A stretch of DNA of 64,000 nt from Girardia tigrina. Lineage: Eukaryota. The notes below the pieces were generated by a model. That model made no database searches and had not been told where the DNA came from. It saw only the letters and a list, made by a program, of their open reading frames with translations. The position numbers were made by a program, and so were the translations under genes. The DNA is taken from NCBI GenBank assembly GCA_001938485.1, contig MQRK01224031.1, forward strand, positions 26,977 to 90,976, given 5' to 3'. Positions 52,971-64,000 of the stretch are shown here, in pieces (within the stretch, counting starts at the first letter, position 1; the number at the start of each line of letters is the position of its first letter).

Positions 52971-53528
52971 TTATATTTTTAATTATAAAAGAAAATGGAA
53001 TTCCTTTTTTATTTTTATTATTTATATTTTTGTAAATTAAACTATCCAACTAATTTTAAACAGAAAATAAAAATGTCCTCTAATTAAGAATAACAATTGT
53101 AATGTATTAAAAATCTGATTTAGTATAATTTAAATATTCTGTATATTTCTTTCATTTCTCTTATAATTCATCTTTAAATTTTATATCTCATAAGAATTAT
53201 AATTTTAAAGATAAATTTAATATACCATATGCGTCTTCAGTCACGTAAATTTTGCTTTTTTCTGTCAATCTCGACCAAAAGATTCAAGATATTGATAATA
53301 GAAGAATTTAATAGTTTAGTTTTGATCAGAAATTATCAAAATATATATCAAAATAACTTATTGACACTTTCAGGTTTTTTATATCTTAACTCTTTGATTT
53401 TACAAAAATTGTTTTCATTATTTAAATGAAAATAATCGAAATTTATATATAAATATTTAACTTATATAATATATGAATGAAAACAAAATTAACGGCATCT
53501 TTACTTTGTAATTAAAACTACCTTGTTA

Positions 53529-54060
53529 CTTCTTCTTTCTTCTTATTGTAAACCTTAGCCGTTGAGTCGTTGTTGCATCCAATTATGCAAAAGCTTTCGC
53601 CACATCTATTTATTTGCAGTTTCTCTTCTCAGATTCTCCATGTTCAATCCACTCAATTCTTTTAAGTCGTCTATCCATTCTCTTTCCACTCTTCGTCAAT
53701 CATAACCTTCTCTATTGCTTTTTTTGCTTATCTGATGTACGTAGAATTTCAGCTTCCTTTTTGTGATGGTCTTTTCTATTGATTCCGGTCTTTTATCTAG
53801 TATTAATGTCCCTCTGTTCCGGACAAAATCGTTTATTTTCTTTTCTATCCCCGTGATCTTCAGCATTCTTCTGTAGCAATTTTTTTCAAACGCTTTGAGT
53901 CTATCCCTACTTTTCTGATTTAATGTTCAATAGCATAAGTGATCTTTATTGTGCTCTCGAGGTTGATTTCTTTGATGTTAAAAACTGTGCTAAGCCTAAT
54001 CATTGATCTAAATCACAGATAGTTTATTCTTATTCTTCCGCAGTTTATTCCAACATCGTC
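53529..54060 (-). mobile_element. 3' end of an RTE-clade LINE
   Basis: Minus-strand DRLKAFE..CYRRMLKI and REWIDDLKELSGLNMENLRRETANK*MWRK, followed by a (GAA)n-like tail at about 53529-53545. Confidence 0.7.
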
Positions 54061-54664
54061 CTGATCGTAGATTGCTTCATTACCAGCGATAGGTTATTAT
54101 AATTATGATACACTTCTAACATTCAACATAAACTAAATGTTATAATAAATACTTTTTCATGTGATTAGAAAATATTAAAAACGTTTCAAAGGACGTGGAC
54201 AGGTTGTGCAATGTTTTAAAAGTATTTTGCTCTAATAATTTTAAGTATGATTTAGTATTTTAATAAATAAAACTTTATTAACTTTTACATAAAAATTAAC
54301 TGAAATATCTCGCAGATCTTTAAATCGATTCTTGATTTTAAAAAACCAAAACGGAAAAGAAAATTGATGTCAAAATAAAGTAAAGATAGTTTTATAAAAA
54401 AACATTAATTACTTAAAACGAATAGAAATAGAAAAATGATATATTTTTAGTCTTATTACACATTCATTTATGTAAATATTCTCTTTTCTCAATGCAAACT
54501 TCGTCCTAACGACATCGAGAGAGTGAAAGTATCTCGTAGAGAGAGAAGTGTTAAATGGCTGTTTTTATAACAGTATTATATGTATCAATTACCATTATGA
54601 AAATATACTCTTAAAATATCTAAAAGCAAAAGCATTTTAACTTTGCATATAATAATATCTAATC

Positions 54665-54843
54665 AATAAATAATAATAATTAATTAAGACAATAAAAAAA
54701 CTATAATAATAATAACAGTAAAAATAATAATGAAACAATAATAATAACAATTATAATAATTATAATAATAATAATATTTAATAATAATAATTATTATTAT
54801 TATTATTATTAATATTATCATTATTATTATTATTATTATTATT
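54665..54843. repeat. (AAT)n-rich tract followed by (ATT)n tract (imperfect inverted microsatellite)
   Basis: Direct reading; the strand switch is near 54790. Confidence 0.85.
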
Positions 54844-56807
54844 CATCGAAATTATAAATACTTTCAGATTCCATTTTGCATTTTCCGATTATAAATTACA
54901 CATTTTCGTCATGCAATTATTGTAAGGGATTTTTATAAATATTTACTTGTAAGACAGAAAAATTTACCTTTTAAAAACTTTCAGCAAAAAAAAACTTTTT
55001 TTATGTATAAAAAAATTTTCTTAACTCAAATTTCTTGATACTTTTATTGATTAAAGTTTTGTCACGTTTTAATCTAAGTAACCTTTATAGAATTTTCAGA
55101 ATACGTCTAACGTTCTTTTTAGATCCTTTATCTTAGAATGACTCCATAAATCTTAAACTTCTTTCAATTTTTTTTTAATTTTCTCTATTTCTGAATAATC
55201 TCAATTGTAAAACTGATCTTCCTTGGTTGGTCTGATCTTCTTTGACCATTGTTGTTTATGGATTAAAGAGAAAATTAACAAAATAAAATACCAATTGTTT
55301 ATTATTAAATAAAATGTATTGGCAATTGAGTTCTTAATTATGGTTAAAAATTATTTTTGTTTGATATTATTATAATTTAATTTATCTTTTGAACAGAGAA
55401 TAATGATTAAAGAAACAGATTATTTATGATCTTATTTTAACTCGTTCTATCCTAATAATTAATGAAAAGATATAAAGACATGTAAATTTTTTTCAAAGCA
55501 AATAAATCTATTCTAACCGACATTTACTTCAAAGAAATCACTGTGCTTAAATATTTCTTTAAAGGCTTTTAGAAGCATTAATAATATTCAATACAATTCC
55601 CTTCTATTGCAGAATAAATTATTTTGTCCAGAATAGATAATAATAATGTAACAAAAAGTAATACGAATACGAAATACGTCTATTTTTAAGAGATTAAGAT
55701 ATTTTTAATAAATAATTATGAAAGCAAATAATATATTTAATGTAACAAAAGTCTCAGATATAAATATTTATTTTTATATTCGAGTGTTTTTGTTTGTTTG
55801 TGCATAAAATGATCAAATTAATAATTATAATAATAATTATTAATAATAATTTATTATTATTATTTAGTTATTTTTTTTCACTGAAATATTTTATTAATTT
55901 AAGACTGATTAAAATTTTATAACATAATATAAAATTAAAAAATATTTTAAATTAAAATATTTAAGCAATTATTGTAATATAATTGAAATAAATTAAATTT
56001 TAAAGTAATTATTTTTTTATAATAAATAAGATTCAATTTAAATGGAATTAAATATTAATTTTAGGTTTTACAGATTTTAAAAATTCAATCGAAAATGCAA
56101 AATTAAGATAAATGTCGGTGAATCGATTATTAAAATAAACTGAAAATTTGTTTGAATTATAAATTATTAATTTGTGCTTCATTTCACTTCTGATAATTTC
56201 ACTTCGAATATCGAAAACGATATAAACACAAGTAACAATTACTATTATTATTTTGATTAAGTTAACAAGTAAAGCAAAAAAATAAAAAATAATTTTTGAT
56301 CACGTAATTACATTATTAATCCTTACATCTAATAATCGAAACTGAGGACACTGTCTTCGACAAAAATACTAAAACTTACTCTCGTATCAATCTTGACAAA
56401 AGACAAATTACACCGCATAATAATATATGAACGTTTAGAATTTATCGAAAAATACATATTGTAAAAGATAAGATTCCACACCAAAATATTTTTATAAAAA
56501 CTGACATACATACATCGTTTAAATACCAAATAAAAGGTGAGTCAAAGTTTCACTCTGTTCTCGACCCCGAAATAGTTATGTAATACAAATTTAGAAATTT
56601 TCAATTTTTTCATTAGATAATATTTTCTTTAATTAATTTTATTTAATTTTGTAATATTTCCGAACTAAAAATACGACTTAATCAAAATTATTTGCTGAAT
56701 ATTCTTCAAAAATAAATATTTTTTTCATGAGTAGAGTATTACCTAAAATTTAAAAAATTATAAATATAAATTCAAAAAATCAAAAGACGCCATTTAAAAA
56801 AAATTTA

Positions 56808-56850
56808 TTGATGTAATTTCGTCGGAATATCCGTCATCATCAGGTGATTC
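56808..56850 (-). ncRNA. Hammerhead-ribozyme-like motif in the Penelope 3' terminal repeat
   Basis: Minus strand CUGAUGA-U-GACGGA UAU UCCGAC-GAAA-UUACAUC then AAUAAA. Both core boxes and stem II (1 mismatch) are present; stems I and III are not convincingly formed. Confidence 0.6.
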
Positions 56851-57989
56851 TGATTGTAGCTGTTAAGCTTACATATGTTAAAATAATATTTGCACAATTG
56901 ATTATGTAATCATTGTTTCACGTAAACACTTTCAACAAAGATGATGAGTCACTTGATTTGACATTAATTGCTGGATTAACCGCTTTAACTGTATAATGCC
57001 TGATATGAGACTCTTTCTAAATAATTTTTAAAATTGCATAAAACTTTAAAATTATTTATTTCAACAGAAGATTTACAATGTTTTTAATGTTCAGCAATAT
57101 TAATACTACCACTTAGATGTTCATGCTCACGAACTCGTTTACAGAGATGACGGACTGTCTCTCCAATGTATATGGCGTTGCACCCGTTACACTCAAATTT
57201 ATACACAAGATCCAAACATAAACTCAAAGGTGTTTTCGATTTATTAGTGAACATATTCTGTTTTTTATATGTTTTAGATACGAGTTTTAAATTCGAATTC
57301 ATAGTATTTATTGATCTTAGAATAGAAGATTTGAATTTTTTAAAACTTTCAGAATAAAGAACAGTTAATGTGTTACCACAATCAAGTCTCTCATTTGTTC
57401 CTGTCGTTTTTTAAATCATCCTTTCCTTCCATTATTTTACTTACACCATCTTTAAATAATTTATCAATTGTTAATTTCCCAGAATTGATAATTGACTTAA
57501 CTTCCCAAGGAAAGATTTTGAATATTCATTCTTATATAAAAGGTCACTCAACTTGTTTAAATTAGAATTGGCCTTGGGACACGTTGAAGACAAAGACTAA
57601 GTACGAAACACCAACCCTTTAATCATGTTATGATTATATTTGGGTTCACAAAAAAAGTTTGGGAGTTGTATCAGTTTTATTTCGATAAATCTCTGTTTCA
57701 TAACGACAACCCTTCTTTTCCATTAACAGATCAAGAAAAAAGTAACGAAGCATTCTTTTCAGTGTTGACAGTGAAATAAATATTTTGATGTAAAGAATTC
57801 TAATATTCCAAAAAAGAAGACATGCAATCTTCTTCAGAAAAAATAGAAAAATATCATAAGCGTAAGTTTATAAACTAAAGGTTTAGCTCCAGTGAAAAGA
57901 TTGATCTTATCTTCAATTCTAGACAGTAAAATAGAAGCAAGTGTTGGTGCTAATGGGGATCCCATAACTATACCATCGATTTGCTTATA

Positions 57990-59433
57990 CAGTGCGTTCA
58001 AAAAGTAACTGAGCACCTGCAATTTCAAAACAAGAACGATATCCTGTGTTCTAAAAATCAATAACAAAATATTTTGAATAGTCAATTTTATGTGAAGAAC
58101 AATGANNNNNNNNNNNNNNNNNNNNNNNNNNNNNNNNNNNNNNNNNNNNNNNNNNCAACAACTGCTGGAAATGCCCACCAAGTTCGTGAATACAAACGTT
58201 AATTCGACGTTTCAAGTTTTCGAACACTCGATGAATTTCCTCTTGGGTGATGGCTTCAATTTGGTGTAGGATGTATCACGTAGGTCTTGCAAAGTTTGTG
58301 GTTTGTTTCAGTAAACCTTTTGCTTTATCGTTCCCCACATGTAAAAGTCCAAAACACTTAGATCTGGGGATCTTGGCGGTCAAATTCCTTTGGAAATGAT
58401 TCTCTTCGGGAAGATCTCATTCAAAAAACGAAGCGAAATGTTTGCGGTATGTGCTGTTGNNNNNNNNNNNNNNNNNNNNNNNNNNNNNNNNNNNNNNNNN
58501 NNNNNNNNNNNNNNNNNNNNNNNNNNNNNNNNNNNNNNNNNNNNNNNNNNNNNNNNNNNNNNNNACCAATTACACGCCTCCTGGACATGGCACATCATAC
58601 TCCAACTTTCAAGGAATGCAGAGGCTTCTCAACAAATTCATGCGGATTTTCACTGGACCAAACTCGAGAATTTTGGCTACTCATATATCCAGACAAATGA
58701 AACCACACTTCATCGGAAAAAAGTCTTGTCGAACATGTCATTCTCATTCAGATTTTCCTTGAACCAATGACAAAACTGGAGTCGCTTATCAAAGTCTGTG
58801 TCTTTCAACTCATGTTGACAAGAAACACGATATGGATATAAGCTTAAAGTTTTCCTCACGGCGGCATGTGCAGTTCCAACAGATACACTCACTTCTTGAG
58901 ATAAACGGCGCATTGACTTTATTGGACTCTGGCTCATGGCTTTTGAAATTACATTGACTTTTTGCTCCGTTAAAATCGTTGGTCAACCTGAGCGTGAGGC
59001 ATCATGAACGGATCCAGTTTCTCTGAACTTGTTCACTAACGCTCGAACTGCATTTCGATGAGGTATTGCTGTTGCGGGAATCTTTTCGGCAAATTTTTCC
59101 TTCACTGCTTCTGTGTATTCATCATTCGNACGAAAGACATGTTCAATCAAAAATATTCTCTCCTCCGTTGACAAAACCATTTTCAATTGGAATTAACTTC
59201 GCAATAAATTGACTTTCGTCAATGATTAGATTGAATATCAAAATGATAATTTTTTTTAAAAAATTTAAAACGATCAGTGTCAAGGTCAAAGTGTGTAGGT
59301 ATGTTTTTTGTTCACGAATCTATTTCATAGTTCGATTTCATAGAAATTTGCATTTAAAAAGTCTGCTACAACGCTGATTATCTAAAAATAAACCAGACAA
59401 TGAAAGGTGCACAGTGACTTTCTGAACGCACTG
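57990..59433 (-). mobile_element. DD41D/rosa-like Tc1/mariner transposon nested in the Penelope RT
   Basis: TA|CAGTGCGTTCAAAAAGTAACTGAGCACCT versus right reverse complement CAGTGCGTTCAGAAAGTCACTGTGCACCT, with TA at 59434-59435. Transposase MVLSTEERIFLIEHVF..KFRETGSV..DEVWFHLSG..NSRVW..PPRSPDLSVLDFYMWG with stops. D-D spacing is not countable because of the gap. Confidence 0.92.
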
Positions 59434-60617
59434 TACAAACAATCTCTGAAAAGAAAATTAATATTGGATGATACAAGAGTCAATAATCTTAGAAACGCTA
59501 CCTCATCTAAAGTTTTATGAAAATTTATATTATTTTTCCAGATTTCACAGCTTATGTTAATTGTCTCAGACAAAAGAACGTTCGTAAATAAACTCACAAT
59601 ATCAAAAGAAACCCTAATGTAATTTCTATTATTGCTTGAAGAAAAATTATCAATGAATTCCGCAAATTCAAAACTGTCACGACATTCAAATTCCGAAGAA
59701 AATAGTTTTTTCAATTTATTATCTAGAAACTTTAATATTATTCTGAGAAGTGATGATAATACATAAGACATGTCTCGTTGCGATACCCTCCTTGTGAACT
59801 TTAGGTAATCCATAAATTTTCGCCAGTAGAGAACCTATTGGACGCAAGTCTTTTACTAACTTTTCAACTATGTGACCATCTTTATTTAATTTATTTAGCA
59901 ATGACCAGAGAAAATCATCATGGCGGAATTATACCATTTTTGCGAAGTTTATCGATCTTTTGAAATTGTGGACCATTTAGAACTAACTCAAGTGGATTCA
60001 AATAATCTATTTTATTTAAAAACACCAATACATTCCCCTTATCGAATCTGCAAACACTAATATCTTTCCTAGATAAGTTTTTTTTAATTCGAAAATCCTC
60101 ATGGCTTTGTTTTAAGTTTTTGTTTAAATATTCTGACGAATTTAAAAAAAAACGTGTTTTTAAAATAGTTAAAATCCAAATTTAGTCCCTGAATATTTGA
60201 ATAAAAATTATACATGGATTCAATTGAGGCTTGAAATTTAAATTTATTTAATTTATTGCGAATTCCATGTTTTGGTCAAAATTTTAATAAATCCATTTCC
60301 TTCTTGGATAAAATAACTTTGTTTTTCTTTCTCGATCATTATTCTTAAATTCTTCTTCTTCTTGATTCTTTTAACATCATCAGAAAGCAAATATTTGCGT
60401 ATTTTTGATTAAAATATGAAAAATATATCATATAATCTTCAGCACAAGTTTTCAAAAACATAAATAAGCTTCTTTTCTTCGCAAAGAGTTCGAAGTCTTC
60501 ATAAGTCTTTTGAACGCTTGCATTGCTTGAAGGTAGTTATTACTTTTAAATTTAAAAAATAACAGCAAATGCTTTTTTAAAAATTAAAAGACGTGATTTT
60601 AAAATAAAATTTTTTAT

Positions 60618-60663
60618 TGATGTAATATATTCCGACGGTATATCTGTCATCATCAGGTAATTC
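60618..60663 (-). ncRNA. Degenerate hammerhead-like motif in the Penelope 5' terminal repeat
   Basis: Minus strand CUGAUGA-U-GACAGA UAU ACCGUC-GGAA-UAUAUUACAUC; the GAAA box reads GGAA. Confidence 0.5.
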
Positions 60664-61289
60664 TTAGGTTTATTATATTATATTAGATTTTATAATAAAT
60701 AAAAATATAACTAAATGAGTAAGTCAACAAAATTATTATTATTATTTTTAGAAAAATTTATAAAAAATATGATGTTATTTTCAAAGATTTTCTCTTTTAG
60801 TCCGAACTATTGTTTTTTCATTATTCTTATTATTTTATTATAATCAAAATATAGAAATAAATTATAAAATTTACAACTGACAATTTTTACGTGAATTTAA
60901 TAAATAATTATTCCATTGTGTTCTTTTACGAAAAAGCCGACAGAAAACGTTCGTAATAATAAAATCCGGACGGCTTTTATCGCTGCATTAAGCACAGATA
61001 ATTGTGAGAAATTTAAGGGATAAAAGTTTATCATATCAACAATAAAACAAAGCAAATTTATTAATAGATTCATTAAAATGAATTTAAAATTTGGTTTTCA
61101 TTAAATTTTGGTGAAAATTCAATCCAAAAATCAACATATTCATTCCAGAAATTTTATTCTCAAATTTTTACTATCATTTCTGTCGGTTATTAAAACTATT
61201 TAAAAAGTAATTATAAGTAAATAAAAGACTTTTCTGATAATATTTTTAATTATAAGAAAACAAATAATGTGTTTCATGATAATTTTCTC

Positions 61290-61720
61290 AGTCGGCTCTC
61301 CTAGAAGTCGCTCTCTGATCGGGTGGATCGACACCCGATGATGTGGGTAGGACGTTCAGCTGGGTCTTTTCGATCCCATCGAGAACCAACAGGTGGCCAC
61401 TGTCGGCTGATTTGAGACCAACTCGATCGAAATAGACCAATCAATCGGCGAGAATATTTTCGGGAGAGTTTGACCGAATCTGTCACTAGTTTTGTCGTTT
61501 ATCCTTTTGTTACTTCGTAAAAACAAAGACGATTAAGAAAAGTAATTCATCAACCTGGTCAAGATGATCTGCTTCCGGCCCGAGCACAAAACGATGTTGT
61601 TGAATTATTCAGCGTGATGTTCTTTGCTCTACACGTACGAGTCGCAGATGATTGAATCACGAGATTCGGTTGACTTGGAATTGAGGGAATTTTCACCAAA
61701 AAATCGATTCGACAGTTCGA
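61290..61720 (-). pseudogene. VWA8: Decayed intronless fragment resembling the N-terminal AAA region of VWA8 (KIAA0564)
   Basis: Minus-strand pieces in order: IPSQPNLV, NHLR, FVLGPEADHL..MNYF, LVYFDRVGLKSADSGHLLVLDGIEKTQLNVLP, DPP..F. Compare VWA8 IPKNPELV, QHLR, FLIGPPGPLRRSIAMQYL, AFYIDQCAVRAATEGRTLILEGLEKAERNVLP, DPPLRSRF. Multiple frameshifts and deletions. Confidence 0.6.
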
Positions 61721-63223
61721 TTTAATCTCGAATCCCATAGGAAATAAGGATTTTCCTTCTTTAGAATGTACTGCGGGTCGATACGTTGAGAGTGCGTAAA
61801 TTTATAATGATCAGAGATCTGTCACAACAATAAGTTTGTCATGATCTTAACAACAGTAGAAGAATCTGAATTGAGCAAATAAAATACAATAAAACAAATT
61901 GTGATTGTCAAAAAAAATAATTAATATTTTATTACTGTCATTTTCTGTGTTTTTAGTCGAGTATTTGGGAACTTTTTTTACAAATAAGAATATTGGATTT
62001 TATTATATTTAATATTTTTAATATATTTAATTATTTGATAACTATATTATACATTTATAATTTAATTATTGTAATATAACGCATCTGTGATTGTTCAACC
62101 TTAGTAATTCTAAAACATTTTAATACTTCTCAACGAAAATTCCAATATTATATAACAATATTAGTAAAAGTTTTGTTAAAATGGATCATATTATCATTAA
62201 ATATTTTCCATACAAAATGAAATATTATTTATTACTCAAACTAATGACTTGTAGGTATCACATAAGTATACGTTACGTGTATCTTTCCTATTAATGCAAA
62301 CTTAATATGAAGTATAAATCCTTGTATATCGTGGTAATGCTATAGTGTTCGTCGTGCGAAATAAGACTTGTTTTGTTATCTAAAGTTTACATATTCATTG
62401 ATCATTTTAATGTTAACAGAAGTTGATGAAGCAAACTTTAATAAATATGTTCATAGGAATTTATAATCTAAACAAACAGGGACAAAGTTCATATTGTTTT
62501 CACAAAATTCAGCTTTGTCAAATGTCAGCCTACTTAAAACTTTACTCAGTGTCCGAATAATAATTTGCAAACTAAAAACTACATTGGTTATAAATTAACA
62601 CAATAAGTTAATGATTACCCTTTATTAATGTTGTTGTGAAGATAATATCGGTAAAGATTTAACTAAAAGAATCAAGTAAATTAAAGAATTATCTTCCACA
62701 AGACAACATTATACATTAGAAAACTTTTAAGAATAGAATGATAAATAATGAATCATTATTAGGATTACAAATGTAATGTGCATTTCTTACATCCCTTTAT
62801 TTTTGGGTCAGAATTAATTCCAGTGTACCGTTTGAGAGGAACGTTTTGTATGTTGTTGATGAGATGTTATATACTTATGTTTAGGATATGATTACTGAGT
62901 ATGACAGACATTTTGCCTCATGAATGCAGTAATTTATTATTACTGTATCCGGCTAATTCATCTAATTTTCCATCTAACTGGTGTTTATAATGGTTTCTGA
63001 CTCAATTACTTAAACTGAAACCATATTTTACCTCGGCTTTTACAAGAATAATTTTGTAGTTTAGTGTTCATTTTTTCATTTTTGTAGTTCATTTTTTCCC
63101 GAGACTTTGATCCGTACTAACATTTGTACTTACTAAACTATTGTTATTTTATTGTCTCGTTTGAAATTATCTTTTATTTTTAACAAGGAATTCTTATTCA
63201 GTAATTATGAATTTAAAGAAATA

Positions 63224-64000
63224 TTAGGTGTACAACTAATTAATTTCGTATTTGTTACGAAATAACCTTATATTCGTATTTGTTACCTCATTTCATATTT
63301 GTTACCTCATTTCGTATTTGTTACTAACCTCATATCTATTNNNNNNNNNNNNNNNNNNNNNNNNNNNNNNNNNNNNNNNNNNNNNNNNNNNNNNNNNNNN
63401 NNNNNNNNNNNNNNNNNNNNNNNNNNNNNNNNNNNNNNNNNNNNNNNNNNNNNNNNNNNNNNNNNNNNNNNNNNNNNNNNNNNNNNNNNNNNNNNNNNNN
63501 NNNNNNNNNNNNNNNNNNNNNNNNNNNNNNNNNNNNNNNNNNNNNNNNNNNNNNNNNNNNNNNNNNNNNNNNNNNNNNNNNNNNNNNNNNNNNNNNNNNN
63601 NNNNNNNNNNNNNNNNNCAGGTCCATCAAAAAAGTTTGAAGACAAAAAATTGGAGGCATTACTCGATCAAGATCCATGTCAAACTCAAGAAGAACTTGGA
63701 AAAACATTGGAAGTCACTCAACAAGCCATTTCTAAATGTTGAAAAGCATCCGGATACATTCAGAAACAAGGAAATTGGGTGCCACACGAATTGAAGCCGA
63801 GAGATGTTGAGAGACGATTTTGCATGTCTGAAATGCTGCTTAATCGCCACAAAAAGAAATCGTTTTTACATCGTATTGTCACTGGCGATGAAAAGTAGAT
63901 TCATTACGACAACCCAAAGCGTAAAAGATGATATGTGAAGCCAGGCCAACCAGCCAAATCGACACCAAAGCCGAATATTCATGGTTTGAAGGTAATGCTC
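63224..64000 (+). mobile_element. Mariner, mauritiana-subfamily-like, running off the window end
   Basis: TA|TTAGGTGTACAAC end. KKFEDKKLEALLDQDPCQTQEELGKTL..QKQGNWVPHELKPRDVERRFCMSEMLL..FLHRIVTGDEK*IHYDNPKRK with in-frame stops. Confidence 0.92.
63243..63333. repeat. About 19-bp tandem repeat (ATTTCGTATTTGTTACCTC), about 4 copies, at the inner edge of the mariner left end
   Basis: Direct reading; abuts the N-gap at 63341. Confidence 0.75.

Larger units (their letters stand above)
56782..60663 (-). mobile_element. Decayed Penelope-like retroelement (RT plus GIY-YIG) with terminal direct repeats
   Basis: Minus-strand DKGNVLV, LAKIYGLPKVHKEG, VSFDIVSLFTNV..ETINI, LYKQIDGIVMGSPLAPTLA and LVYKFECNGCNAIYIGETVRHLCKRVREH. 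A repeat of about 70 bp occurs at 56782-56850 and 60586-60663 (aaaagacg..tttattgatgtaat..cg.cgg..tatc.gtcatcatcaggt.attc). Confidence 0.9.

Overview
AT-rich eukaryotic genomic DNA with seven N-gaps. Composition and transposon content suggest an invertebrate such as a triclad flatworm, but this is inference only. The window lies inside one large + strand gene encoding a LAR-type (type IIa, PTPRF/PTPRD/PTPRS family) receptor tyrosine phosphatase ectodomain. Six exons (16849-17139, 20792-21124, 27473-27573, 34482-34674, 48613-48906, 48983-49333) splice in phase into Ig3-FN3-FN3-FN3-divergent FN3 (1563 nt, no stop). Two of these exons are missed by the ORF track. The introns hold about a dozen different Tc1/mariner elements, piggyBac-, pogo- and Harbinger-type MITEs, a non-autonomous Helitron and LINE fragments. 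They also hold a near-complete Penelope-like retroelement whose terminal direct repeats each carry a hammerhead-ribozyme-like core and whose RT is split by a nested TA-flanked transposon. Two decayed, intronless, GC-rich host-gene copies lie on the minus strand (Rab14, probably VWA8), and both unusually keep the 5' part of the gene. Candidate micro-exons and terminal exons suggest secreted or variant LAR isoforms. I found no clearly new autonomous biological system; the best leads are ranked in the findings.
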